From Camelus ferus (lineage: Eukaryota): a DNA stretch of 60,000 nucleotides. The translations under genes were made by a program, and so were the position numbers. A model generated the notes under the pieces. That model saw only the letters and a program-made list of their open reading frames with translations, made no database searches and was not told where the DNA came from. Within the stretch, counting starts at the first letter, position 1, and each line of letters opens with the position of its first letter. Where the stretch lies: assembly GCF_009834535.1 (NCBI RefSeq), contig NC_045697.1:27654001-27714000 (forward strand), given 5' to 3'. This document shows, piece after piece, positions 36,114 to 48,770 of the stretch.

Positions 36114-36289
36114 ACCCAGGTTGTAACCTCAAGTGCTTAAAGCTGTTGGGCAGTCAGCATAGATGGATGGAAGGGCTGTGTGGGGACTCTGGAACATGGA
36201 AGACATATGCCCTCGGAAAGGGCTCAGCTGCTACCCGACTCCAACCTCCCTTTTCCATATAGGTACGTAGGTCTCTGACGCTAGAACTT

Positions 36290-36405
36290 CTGATTGTTCA
36301 GGAGAAGCCACATATCCAGATATTTCTTGTGAAGCTTCCCAGTTAAAAGTGTGGTAAGCAATTTTTAAAAATGTTAAATGTTTGTCAGCCAAACAAAACA
36401 AATCT
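36290..36405. mobile_element. MER103C-like fragment
   Basis: caggagaagccacatatccagatatttcttgtgaagcttccc...gccaaacaaaaca. Confidence 0.5.
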
Positions 36406-36986
36406 CTCACATGGTGTTGGTCTGATCAAGGTTTAATTTTCTTCTTTTTCCTCTAAAGGAGAATCCAGACTTCCTGCAAAAGGATATAGCTCAATTGTCT
36501 GTCTTCTTGTAACCTGGCGGGGAAGAAAGAAAAGGATCTCAGCTGAAGAAGACAGTTGAAAGTGATCACTTCTCCTGGAACGAGGCCATGTCAGGCACCC
36601 ACTGCCTGCCGAGAAGGGCAGAGGGAGTCAGTTGTTCCAACAACGTAGAGTCCTCAAGAATCTGGGTTTATCCTCAATCAATTGGAAGAGAGAAAAGCTT
36701 CATCCGCAGATCTTACTCAACACTGTCCCTCGGTCGTGGTCTTTGGGCCGTCTTTCATTAAAGGTCAGCTCATTGAGTTCCCTTGTTTAGACTGGCCAGG
36801 CATCCAGGGTACACATAGTCAATCAATCATTTTTTTAAAACATCTAAAACTAAAACACATTTAAATTTCAAACATAAATTCTGCTCCTATATAATTAAGA
36901 GTTTGAATCAGCCTGCTTTATATACAAGGCCTCCAGGCTTTATTCAACTATGTAAAATTGCCAATATTCAAATATTTAAAAATATA

Positions 36987-37237
36987 TTTTATTCTGGAAA
37001 CATTTTAGGTTTATAAAAAAGTTGCAAAGATTGTGTACAGAGTTTCTGTGTATTTTCACCCAGTTTCCCCTAATGTTAACGTCTTCCTCCATAGGCATGG
37101 TATGTTTGGCAAACTACAAAATTAATATTAGTATATTACTGTTAACTAAACTACTTCATTTAGATTTCATAAGTTTTTTCACTAATATCCTTCTTCTGTT
37201 CCAGAATGCAATCCAGCACCCTCCATTGTTTTAATTC
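36987..37237 (-). mobile_element. L1MC-like 3' end
   Basis: aaaagttgcaaagattgtgtacagag...ttcacccagtttcccctaatgttaac...ttctgttccagaatgcaatccag. Confidence 0.8.
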
Positions 37238-37444
37238 AACTTTTTTGACCTATCCAAAAAAAGCAATTTTATATGGTTCCTAAACTTTAGGAAACAGTCA
37301 AGCAACCAAAGAAGAAAAATCTTGTTACAATGTCATCGTTAGGTCCTAGTGAGAAGATTGTCTTGGGGGTCCCATATCAACGTGTATCCGTTGCCAATTT
37401 GAGATGCTAATCTCGTCTAGAATCTAAACAGAGATAGCGACTCC

Positions 37445-37510
37445 TGCTCGTTGGCCTAGCACAGTTCCTGGCATGAAATAGGTGCCCAGTAAACACATGC
37501 TGAGTATCTA
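37445..37510 (+). mobile_element. L2 3' terminus
   Basis: gcctagcacagttcctggcatgaaataggtgcccagtaaacacatgctgag. Confidence 0.6.
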
Positions 37511-37632
37511 CTGATTGTCAACACATGAGAATTCCATGTCTGCAAACCCACACAGGGACAAAGAACCACTTCCTGCCCAGAAATTGCTCTCTGGTGTATT
37601 CCATCTAGAACTAATGCCATCTTGAATTTTAA

Positions 37633-38020
37633 TGTTTGGGTTGCTTTGCTAGAGCTGCTTAACAAAGGACTGCAGACTGGATGCCTTAACCAAGAGACAT
37701 GGATTTTCTCACCATTTTGGAGGCCAGAAGTCTGAGATCGAGGCATGGGCAATGTTCGTTTCAGCCTCTCTGCTTGGCTCACAGGCGGCCATCTTTTCCC
37801 TGTGTCTTCACACAGCTTTTCCTCTGTGCATGCCTGTGTCCAAACTTCCTTTTCTTATAAGGATACCAGTCATTGTGGGTTGGGGCCCATGCCAATGACC
37901 TCATTTTAACTGAATTATCTCCTCAAAGACCCTATCTCCAAATACAGTCACATTCTGAGGTACCTGGGGTGAGTACTTCCACATTTGGATTTGGGAGGGA
38001 ACACAACTTGGCTTATAGCA
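37633..38020 (-). mobile_element. MaLR solo LTR (MLT1B-like)
   Basis: ggaggccagaagtctgagatcgagg...cttataaggataccagtca...aaagaccctatctccaaatacagtcacattctgaggtac. Confidence 0.9.
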
Positions 38021-40659
38021 TCTCTAAAGTTTAGGGGTTAAAAAAAATGTCAAAGGAAGAACTTTCCTGCATCCAAATGTCCCTCATGCCCAGGGGCCAT
38101 CTGTTCTTCTCTTTCCTGACTCTTCTGAACGCTTTGCTGCAGGACTAGACCCATGTTAGCTCCCAGCAGACAGTACTGCCTTACTCTCTGAAAATGCAGT
38201 CCCCTGGATCTATAAAATGCCTTCAGCCAGCATAGTCTAATGCTGAAAAGCCTCGATGAGTTACTTTCTGCTTGTTTGTTTGACTAGCTGGATAAAACTA
38301 AAGCCCCTTCCCAACCACTTGCAAAGCAGGAGAGCAGGCATTAGGGCAGCGTTGCTGTCAGGGCCAAAGGCCAGTGTGTTGAAGCCCTTTCATCACTGAA
38401 ATTCGTGTTTCGAAGAATATGGGTGGGTCCTAAGTGCATTTTTCTAACGCGTATGTGTGTGTCTTATGTGCGCGGAAGTGGGAAAACGTTATAATGTTTT
38501 AAAAGCTTCATCTACAAGGCTGTAATCTGTTTGGAGATTTTCAAAAATGAAAACAATCACAGCATGCAGACATTGCCTGACAGGCAGGGATCTGAAGAAG
38601 GACGAAAAATTAAATAATGAACAGGCCAAAGGCACCAGGGGCAGGGATCTGAAGTGCAAGCTTTCGGTGCAGACACTTTGAGAAAGAAAGGCGGCGGGGG
38701 TGGAAAAGCGAGGCACCGGTGAAGGCAGGACCAAAACGGGCCCGGGGGAAGCTGCTGGGGATGGGGTCGGTGGGAGAGGCCACCAGTGTGCTGCCGGGCT
38801 GTCACCAGCCCAGAGCCATCAGGCACCTGAAACAACAAGGTCAGGAATGTGACCTGAAGGACACATTAAGTATTTGTTCAGGAAGCCATGCTGGGAAAAA
38901 GACTCAAAGAGTTCAATCAGGGCACTTACCTTTTCTGACTGCAGAATGAAGTAGCAAATGTTCAAGCCAAGCCAGTGGGACTAGGGAAGTTCTTTTTATT
39001 AATGTGCTGAAGAAAACTGATAGGAGACTGAGGGTGAGGAGTGGGCAAGGCTCTGACCGGTTTCTTGATGTGGAACCAGCAGAGAGCTCGGGGCAGGTCA
39101 GGCCTCAGCCCCTCCCCACCTGGTCAGCAGCCCTGCCCACCGAGGCATCCGGATTCCAGGCCTCCAGGCCTCCAGGACAAAGGGCCCTTCCCCCACTTGT
39201 CAGCCTTCCTGTTCCCGGGATTGTGTGGCCTGGCCCTTTGATCAAGCTAAGGGCATTCAGTCTGCGCTGCGAACAACTGCTTTAAATATGAAGGTTTCCG
39301 GGCTGGCCCTCGAGTCCCCTTGGTGTTCCCAGGCGATGGTGCTACGCCTGACCACTTCAGATTTCCACTGCTCCCCTGAAGTGGTCAGCTGTCTCTCCAA
39401 CAGAGCTTTCTGGTGCTGTCCCAGCCCTCAGAAAGCGTTGCAAAGAGGTGGGCATGGTGGATGCAGCCTCAACATAAATCCATCTTAAAAAGTGGCTGTG
39501 GCTCAAATGCTCTTTTACAAATTCCCACAGTGGACTGAGAATCCACCCACGGCCTAAATGACTCTCTGACAAAGACGCACTTGCAATAACGGACTAGGAG
39601 CCAGGAACCCTAGGTTCTAGACCCGGCTCTGCAGCCTCCTTGCTGAGTCATTTTTAGTCATTTTTAGTCATTCGGGCCCTCTGGGTCTGAGTGTTCTCTC
39701 TTTTAAAAAAAAAAATCAGTTTAAACTTGGCAAGCTCTGGGAGCTAGATTTTAAAATCCTACGATTCCTACACTGTGACGTACTCCCGAGAAAGAATGTT
39801 CTGTTCGCCCCTGCATCGACACAAGTACCATGTAGGTCACCGGCTTCAAGAAGTAAGTAAATAGGAAGCAGAAAACCAACAACCCCTTCAAAACTGTTTC
39901 CGACGCTGACACATTTCTCCACAAGCCACCCATTTACTAAAGACCTGGTGTCTAACAAAGTTAGGTATGTAATGTCTCTGTGTGACGCTTTTCTGATTTT
40001 ATTTAGAGAAAATAGGATGACGACTCTACTCTAGAAGGATCCATTCCTCTTGCTCCATGACCACTTCTCTTCCTACCCGAGAGGACTCCCCTTCCTCACA
40101 GAAGTGGCAAAGAAGTTGCAAGACAAGAGGAATAGATTGACTTGAGATTTACTGAGAATTATTTAAGATTTGGCATAAGATTGTACTTACCTAACAGAGC
40201 AACAAGTTAGGACTATATCCCAAGGGAGCTTTGCTAAGTAATGACTGAATTAACCACATTTGGAAAAGTCCTGAGAGTGTCTTAGAGTTGTTTTGTCATT
40301 ATTATTGGTGACGAGTTTCCATACCTTCTATTAACTGAACTCAACAAGATTACTCTATATCGGGCATAGGTATCCGAACTTAAAGAGTTTAGGAGTTCAT
40401 ACTCGGTGTCTTTCCTTCAGGATTGTTTGGGAGAAGTTTCTGGACATCATAATCCCAGGGTTTACCTAATTCTTTTCCTGATCCTTATTTATAGATGTTT
40501 TTAAAGTGCTGTGAGTCTTTGACAATCTCTCTGCTTCTGTTACAATAATATTTCTGATGAACTACAGAGACACTTTTGGATTTCTAAGCAAAGCCCTGTT
40601 CTCTGACTGTCCCCACACCACATCCTTATTTTGATCTTTAGAGCTCACCCAGAATCAAA

Positions 40660-41570
40660 GCTTCATCCATTCCCATGAGCCATCACTTTATGAGGCGGGT
40701 GTCTAAATCTCTGCTTCCTACTTTAATCTCTTTCTTGAGCCCCTCTTACTGTACTAAACATGTCCACTTGGATGCCCCTAAACCAGAGCCGCCAGGTTCA
40801 AGCACTGAGGACTAATTCATGTTTCCTCCGAAAGGCGGCCAGACATAATTCGTTCTATCATGGGCAACGCTGTTCCCCCAGCCACCCAATTTAACCTTGG
40901 CATCATTGCTAACCAGTCCTCTCTCTCACCTGTAGCCTAGTCCTCTGGTCACGTCAGTTCTTCCTCCTCAGTGTCTTTGTCCTTTCTGGCCAGTTCTAAC
41001 TGCCATCACCCTGGCCTGAACCCTTATCTCCTGATCTTTTGGCTGCCATTTTCTGCCCAGCCATCAGGCAGATCACTTCGGATGAATTCATTCGTTCAAC
41101 CAATCCCTGCTGTGTGCCCCATGTGCTCTCTTCAACAATCGTCAGGAACACATTGACATCCATGGAATAAGATGCAAACTCCTGAAGCTGACATTCAGCC
41201 CCTCCCATCCCCACCTAAACTTGACCCCCAGGTCACCCCTCTCACCGCACTCCCTCTTCCTGGGCAAACAGTTTCACTCAGCTTCCTCTGAAGAGACTCA
41301 GAGTGTTCCCCTTTCTTTAGATTCCCCTCCCTGGAAGTTCCTTCTTCTCTCCTCTCTTAACTGTACCCATGTCTCCTATGGCTGCTGTTCCCGTCAGTCA
41401 GTCCCTATAACTTTGCAGTTTGCTCTGTTCCCCTCACAACTGGCACTTGCAATATTGTGTTGCTGTCTATATTTTCTATGTCTTATCTCCCCGACTGAAC
41501 TGTGAGCACCTCGAGAGAGAGACACAGTGACTGCGGGCATCATTGTGACCCATCACCTTAATGGAATAAA
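40660..41570 (+). mobile_element. L2 LINE fragment, degraded
   Basis: acatgtccacttggatg...aaccttggcatcatt...actgccatcaccctgg...caaactcct...tctccccgactgaactgtgagcacctcgag. Confidence 0.7.
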
Positions 41571-41594
41571 TTGCAGGAAAGAAGGGAAATGAAC

Positions 41595-42050
41595 AATTAT
41601 TAAGTGCCTACAGTATACCAGAAACCCTTATATGTTTTTTTTTCTTTCAATATCGCATTTAGTGCTCTAAACTAGGGGTGGGCAAGCTACAACCTGTGAG
41701 TGGAATCCAACCTGTCGGTTCTTATAAAGTGTTATTGGAACAGAGCCATCCTGATCATGCACATTTCAGCTCTTTGATGTGCTAAAATGGCAGAGTTGAG
41801 TAGTTGTGGCAGAGACTGAATGGCCAGCAAAACCTAAAATATTTACTATTTCTCTCTCTAAGAAAAAGTTTGCTGACCCCTGGTCTGAAAAAACCAGAGA
41901 AGTTAAAATCTGTTATCATCTGTTTTTATAGGTGAGGAAATAGAAGTTCGGAGTTTGAGTAAATTGCTTAAGGTCACACAGCTAGTAAGGGACCCAGCAA
42001 AACTCGAAGCCAGGTCTGTGATTCTAGAACCAGAGGCTTTCCTTCCATCT
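41595..42050 (-). mobile_element. MIR SINE split by MER58A
   Basis: ttattaagtgcctacagtatacca | tttataggtgaggaaatag...gtaaattgcttaaggtcacacagctagtaag. Confidence 0.75.
41673..41882. mobile_element. MER58A hAT-Charlie element
   Basis: taggggtgggcaagctac...tggcagagttgagtagttgtggcagagac...aaaacctaaaatatttactat...gaaaaagtttgctgacccctg. Confidence 0.9.
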
Positions 42051-42464
42051 GACCACAAGACATTGTCCTTGATTGCTAATGCTTGATGATAGTGGGGCCC
42101 TGATTTATGTAAGATCTATGTCTTTTCTTCATGCTTTTTCAGGAAGTAAGAAATCCAGCAGATGGAATTAACTGGACTTTCAGGCACATATCAAAGTCCT
42201 CTGACAGACCACATGAACATTGTTTTAAGATATTTTCTGTGATTTGCCAGCATAGAGTTAATTCACGCTACTGCAACTATCTTCAGAAGAACATAAATAC
42301 TTGAGGGCGGAGCCCTCCAACATCATAAAAAAAAAAAACCCAGTGTATGAATGTTGCAGGATATCAGTTTTAAGAATGACTTATTGTGAGAATGAGAAGT
42401 TCTTTTCACTACTATCAAATTTCAGTAGAAGTTTGTATGGAAAATCTCCCACTGTGGGGTCAAC

Positions 42465-42660
42465 GACCACCTAGATTTCAACCCCTGGGCCATTACTGAC
42501 TAGCTCTCCTATTGTGCGTGAGATGCCTAATCCATATAAATTTTTGTATTTTTATCTGCAAAAGGGAACTCATCCAGTTACTTCGAGGAGATGAAATAAG
42601 ACAAGTAAAGCACTTACAGCAATTCCTCGCCCACAGTAAGTAATCAATCCAAACATGTGT
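42465..42660 (+). mobile_element. MIR SINE, degraded
   Basis: atctgcaaaaggg...gtaaagcacttacagcaattcctcgcccacagtaagtaatcaa. Confidence 0.6.
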
Positions 42661-44685
42661 TGTTGTTATTACTGGCTAAAGTCTTTGCACCTATGCTCAG
42701 AAACTTAAATTCATTTTTGAAACTCCATAAAATCACACAAAATGGGAAAGGCAGCAAAAACCAATAGGCAAGGAAAGGAGACGAGAAGGACAATGAAGAA
42801 AGCAAGTCAGTTCCTCCTCTGCTTTATCTCTGCAAAATGTTTCCAGAAAATAGTTTTTTATCAATACATAAGGATATTTGAGTCAGGTATATATCCTGCC
42901 CTACAGAGGAAAAGGAAGGGAAGGAAACTTTGCCCAAACAATAGTTTTGGGAGGCAAACCCCCAAATATTAGTACAGGGAGGAGAGTAAAACAGTTCATA
43001 AAGCAGCATACTTAACCATATTAATTATTACACGTAATAGCTGGCAATGCCCTAACTGGCCCCTCACTGAGATTCGCATCATTACGCTCAAGGAATTAAA
43101 CTGCTGCCAACATCCCACATCATGCGAATCAGTTCTACCTGGAATAGTTATTAAACTTATAATCACGGCCCATTTGAAGTCTTGACTTCATGAATATGAT
43201 TGAGAGCTTGTTGAATGAGGCGAAATGTGCCTGCGCCTCCAAGGGAGGAAAGGGACGGACCTGCTGCTGATGGCAGGCATCAGTCACTGGGTTCCAGACG
43301 CGGGTCCTTTCCGCCAACTGTCAGAAATCCAACACAGAGTGAGCCCCTTACGGATTCTTGCGCCGTTTTAGAAAAGCTGTCGTTAAGATGTGATTCCCAT
43401 TGATTTCCTGTTCCCTTTACTCTTTGTTTAAGTTCAACTATAGAAATCCACAGTGTATCTAAAAAACTGTTTAAAAGAAAAAAATGGTGAAGAGGAGTGG
43501 GGACAACTTCTCAGACTGAATTTCTCTTTTCCGTAGGTTTTCTTTTTCCTCCAGAATATCAAATTATTCTCTTTGCACACACTTGACTCTTTAGTAATTT
43601 GGTTTTATATCTTAATCAAATCATTTCAAGTGACATAAAAAACAGAGGTCTTGTATAATTTAATTCTTAGTTGGGAAATCCGTTTGTTCTTTAAAGTGGG
43701 TCATGAATATTTGGGGGCGGGCTACCAGCAAAAGGAAGTGAGGTTTGCCAATAGGGTGGCTGCTCTGCACTCATGATGTGTGTCTTCATAATGGGCCTCT
43801 GAGAACCCGAGAGGGATCCACAGAGTCTGGTACCGGCCTTCCCACACCCTCTTCCTAGGACATTGGTCACTTCGGTTCCTTGTAAGTCACTGTGTTTGTA
43901 CCATGAGTCTCTGCCTCCCTAAGCATCACAAACAGGCCTCAGCCAAAGGCAAGCAGCAGGAGACGAGATGCCAGGAAGGCCTGTGGCCAATGAGGATATT
44001 CTGGCCTGAAAACTCTTACCAGTATGGGTGTTTCCTGTTGGATGTTAAGCAACCCAACCACAGACTGACTGGGGTCTTATGATGTTAGGGAAGGAAAAAA
44101 ACCTAAGGCACAATAAATATAGGGACAGAATTAATAGGATCATGGTGTGAACAGGAGTAATGCTCTCAGAGAGTACTTGAAACAGATAGCAGTAATGGTG
44201 GCTGGGAACACCAATATGAAGAATGTAAAAGTCACTGGGGTCAAGAGTAGTGGCTGTTGTGACATCATATACATGTATACACATACACATATAACTGTTG
44301 TTTGACCTGTGCTTCAGAATGCCTGCCTGCTCCTAGAGTATTTTTCTAGTAAGCTGTGTGTGTGTGTTTGGTGGCAGGAAGAGATTTGAGGGTACAGTTT
44401 ATAGACTAAGAATATGAAGCTTTCTATGTACCAAACACTTGTTCTGGTTGGATTTTCATAAGCATTGGACAAAGACAAGTTCAAAGAACTCGAGAGAGCT
44501 ACTTACCTTTAATTTCTGACCAGCTCAGCTGGTCTCTTGGCATAATCCTGAAGAAATAGTATCAAGCTGACAGAAAGTTTGGAGGGACAGCCAAGCAGAA
44601 AAGGTCCTGTGCATAAATCTCTGTAGTGAAAGGTATGAAGGGTGGGCCTAAGTAGCAGGTCCTTGGCAGCTGGAGGCCAAGATGG

Positions 44686-45092
44686 TGTTGTGGGTTGAAT
44701 TGAGTCCCTCTCCAAATTCTTATGTTGAAGCCCTAATCCCCAGTACCTCCGTATATGACTGTGTTTAGAGATAGAGCCTTTAAAGAGATGACTAAGTTAA
44801 AATAAGGCCACTAGGGTTGATCCTAATCCAGTCTAACTGTTGTCTTTATAAGAAGATGAAATTTGAACACACAAAGAGATACCAGGGACGTACACACAGA
44901 GGAAAGACTGCGTGAAGACACAGCGAGAAGGCAGCCATCGGCAAGCCAAGGAGAGAGGCCTCAGGAGAAACCAAACCTGTTGACACCTTGATCTTGGGCT
45001 TCCAGCCTTCAGAACTGTGAGAAATAAATTTCTATGGTTTAAGCCACCCAGTTTGTGGGATTCTGTTATGGCCATTCCAGCAGATTAGCACA
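44686..45092 (+). mobile_element. MaLR solo LTR (MLT1B-like), full length
   Basis: tgttgtgggttgaattg...gaagacacagcgagaaggcagccatc...gaactgtgagaaataaatttc...agcaca. Confidence 0.92.
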
Positions 45093-45214
45093 AGTGACTA
45101 GTATAGGAGGATTCACTCTTTGAGGAGTTGGGAATGTCCAAGATCCAGCTGCAGTGAACTGGGGCCATTTTGATCCATATGGGAGCATGATGATGGGAGG
45201 CAAGGGGCGATGTT

Positions 45215-45365
45215 TGCATTTGAGTGCCTACTGTGTGCGGGCAGTGAGATAGATGCTCTATATACCCACCTTTCGTCTTCACAATAAGCTGGCGAAGTGA
45301 CTTACTGCCCTTTTGTAGATGAGGAAGTTGAAGCTTAGCAACTGTAAAATCATGCCTGAGATTAC
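45215..45365 (-). mobile_element. MIR fragment
   Basis: ttgagtgcctactgtgtgc...cccttttgtagatgaggaagttgaagctt. Confidence 0.7.
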
Positions 45366-45519
45366 CAGAGAGGGTCAGGGGTGTCAGGGTCCCAGGAAGA
45401 CACCAGGCAGCCTTACAGGAGCCCCTGATAGAAAGAAAAGGTCTGGGTCTAAGTTAAATTCCAGACAGACTAGAGCTGAAGCCTGCTTAGTATTCCTAAG
45501 TCCAAAAAAAAGTCAAGCA

Positions 45520-45730
45520 CTGGCTATTGTGGCAAAGCAAAGTGTCTCGGCCCATGAACTTTGGGTTAGAATCATGGCTCTGTCATCTGCTGTTGGAAGA
45601 TCTTGTGCACATCACTGTCTCATGAAGCTTCATTCCCTTACCTGTGAAATACTAATATTTCTTAAGTATTGTGTTCATACATCACAGGATTGTTGAGAAA
45701 ATTAGATGAATTAGCACATTTAAAGTTATT
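45520..45730 (+). mobile_element. MIR SINE
   Basis: tgggttagaatcatggctctgtca...acctgtgaaat...catcacaggattgttgagaaaattagatgaa. Confidence 0.7.
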
Positions 45731-45734
45731 GCCA

Positions 45735-46108
45735 TGTATATTTGTCAGGGTTCTCCAGATAAACTAAACTAATAAGATGTGTAAAGATAGAAGTTTATTT
45801 TAAGAAATTGACTCATGTGATTGTGGAGGCTTGGCAAGTCAAAATCTGATAGGGGAGGCTGATAGGCCTAAGAGTCAAGAAAGAATTGCAGTTCAAGTCC
45901 AAAGGCAGCTCAATATAGAGATGATGTTGCAGATGAAGTCCAAAGGCCAACTGCTGGAGGATCCCTCTTGCTGGAAGAAGGTCTGCCTTTTGTTCTACTC
46001 ACGCCCGCAACTGATTGGGTGAGGCCCACTCACCTTATAGACAGCAATCTTCTTTAACAAAGTCCACCAATTTTAAATGTAAGTCTCATCTGAAAACACA
46101 CTCACAGA
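45735..46108 (-). mobile_element. ERVL LTR (MLT2B/D-like), truncated by L1
   Basis: gtcagggttctccaga...gaaattgactcatgtgattgtggaggct...caactgattgggtgaggcccac...aaaacacactcacaga. Confidence 0.88.
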
Positions 46109-47850
46109 GGATATGTGGCCAAGATGGTGCAGTAGGAAGACTCTATCTCATCTCCTCCCACAGGCACATCAACATTACAATTATTTACTGAGCAGCTGTC
46201 TATGAGAAAGAACTGAAGACTAGCAGAAAATGTTTTCCACCACTCTATATTTAAAGAAGGAACCACAACAAGACGTATAGTAGGAGTAGAGACATGGTAC
46301 AGTCAAGACCCACACCCCCTGGTAGGTGACCCACAAATGGGAGGATAATCATAATTGCAAAAGTTCTTCACAAGGAGCAAGGGGTCTGAGCCCCATGTTG
46401 GGCTCCCCAGCTCAGGGTTCCTGCACCAGGAGGATAAGCCCCCAAACCTCTGCCTATGAAAGCCAGAGAGGCTTACATATGGGACAGCCAAAGGGTTGTA
46501 GGAAAAAATCTCACATGCTCTGAGTCCCAACTCAGAGGCAGTGACTTGTAAGGTGTTTGGGTCAGACCCACTTACTGATCTTGGAGAGTCTCCCAAAAGG
46601 CAGGAGGCAGCTAGGGCCCCCTGGGAATGCAGACACTGGCAGCAGCCATTCTGGAGCCCTCCCTCTAGCCTCTTGCTAGGACTTACCTGCCCATCCCCTG
46701 CCAGCTGCCCCAGGAACTGGTCGCACTTACCAGCAGGTTAGCAGTCGCTGCATGAGGCAGGCCTTGGCTGCCCATCAGGCCAGGGCCTGGCCCTACCTAC
46801 CAGCATGCCCACGGCAGTCAGACCTCCCATGACAGAAGGGCCTACAGAACCCACATGGAAGCACCCCTGGAGTATACAGCTTTGGTGACCAGAGGGGAAC
46901 CTCTGTGCTTCTTGGCCCCTTAGGACATCTGCTACATAAAGTCACTTCTCCAAGATCAGCAAACATGACTGACCTACTTCATACAAATAAACAGAGAACT
47001 TGGCAAAGTAAGGAGACAGAGGAATACATTCCTAATGAAGGAACAAGACAAAACCTCAGAAAAAGAATTAAACAAAAAGGAGATAAGCAATCTCCCTGAT
47101 AAAGAGTTAAAGGTAATGGTCATTAAGACACTCAATGCGCTTGAGAGAAGAATGGATAAACACAGTGAGAATTTTAACAAAGAGTTAGAAAATGTAAAGG
47201 CGATCCACATAGAGCTGAACAATACAATAACTGAAATGTAAAAACACACCAGAAGGAATCAACAGTAGGTTAGATGATGGAACAGATCAGGGAACTGGAA
47301 GACAGAGTTGTGGAAATCACTGATGCTGAACAGAAAAACAAAAAAAGAGTGAAAAGAAATGAGGACAGTTTAAGAGACCTCTGGGACAACATAAAGTGCA
47401 CTAATATTTTCATCATAAGGGGTCCCAAAAGGAGAAGAGAGAGAGAGAAAGGGGCTGAGAACATAATTGAAGACAAAATAGCTGAAACCTTCCCTTGTGG
47501 AGGCTAACCAATAAGCTACTAAACAACCAGTGGGTCACTGAAGAAATCAAAGAGAAAATCAAACAACATCCGGAGACAAATATACACAAATCTGTTGCGT
47601 TTCTATACACTAACATCAAACTATCAGGAAGACAAATTAAGAAAAAAATTCCATTTATAACTGCATCAAAAGGAATAAAATACCTAGACATAAGTCTAAC
47701 CAAAGGAAGTAAAAGACTTGTACTCAGAAAACTGTAAGACTTTGATTAAAGAAACTGAAGATAACACAAACAAATAGAAAGATATACTGTGTTCATGGAC
47801 TGGAAGAATTCATATTGTTAAAATGACCATACTCTCCAAGGCAATGTGTA
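46109..47850 (+). mobile_element. LINE-1 with 5' UTR, partial ORF1 and fragments of ORF2 (internally deleted, non-functional)
   Basis: caagatgg YY1-like start; ORF1-like EISNLPDKELKVMVIK and NEDSLRDLWDNIKCTNI; ORF2-like LLNNQWVTEEIKE and KSVAFLYTN. Confidence 0.92.
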
Positions 47851-48564
47851 GTATTCTTTCTCTTATTGACTCAAGTTTGGTCAAACATAATTGGCATGTT
47901 CAGGGTTAAAGGGAGGGGGAAAAAAACGCATGGTCTAAAGAGAAACAAAAATGACCAAACTGTTATTAAGCTAAACCATTATTTGGTGTCTTTTTTTTTT
48001 TTTCTCAGAAACCAAAAAAGAGAAAGGACTGGAACATCTGGATAAATAGTAGCTCTATGACACTCCCTCTGGGAAAAAATTATCAATGTTTTAATTCCAG
48101 GATTCATTTGCAAAGAATGCAACTTCCTTTTCTATTACAAATAAGTCCACTTTTTCTCAGATGACTAAGATGTGGTCAGACCTTCACCTCAACCCCCTCT
48201 CTAGCTAGGGTGATTTGGATGAAAACTTTCATGGCCCTCAATCACTTTCATTGAAACTCAATGTTTATAGGATTTCAGAGTTGGAACGATAAGAATCATC
48301 TATCCACGGAGATGCTGAATGGCCACAAAAGTAGATAGAAATGGGGCCAGGTAGGCAGGACTCAGAGCCCTCGAATTTTTTCAAAAAAGTGCCTCATTGT
48401 CTTCTCTAAATATTTGTCTTCCACTTAAGATTTCATTCATTTGTAGAAAGAGTTTTATGGTTTAAAAGGGAAAAATAAACAAGCTCAAAATCCACTGATT
48501 TGGCCTAACATCCCATCTGATGCTCCTATGTTCCTGTCAAGGGTTCATTTAGTCTCTGCTGGGG

Positions 48565-48700
48565 GAGCCCTGAGATGGAAGCCTCCCTATTTTATGAAAC
48601 AGCTTATTCCATTACATCTTCAGAGGGCAGAAATTGTCAGGAAGTCCTTTCTTATATTGAGGCCACATACAACTTACACATGGTGGTCTTATATAAACTG
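48565..48700 (-). mobile_element. CR1/L3 fragment
   Basis: cagcttattccatt...gcagaaattgtcaggaagtcctttcttatattgag. Confidence 0.5.
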
Positions 48701-48770
48701 TCATCACCTATTCTTACTTGGGAAGAAGAAAAAGAAGGGCAAGAACAAGAGCATAAAGTAGGAAAGATGG

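Noticed and set aside
39646..39672. agtcattttt tandem units and other short direct repeats (e.g. ccctgggtcaag near 56506) as an array or CRISPR
   Set aside because: Only 2-3 short units, no spacers, eukaryotic context; ordinary slippage duplications
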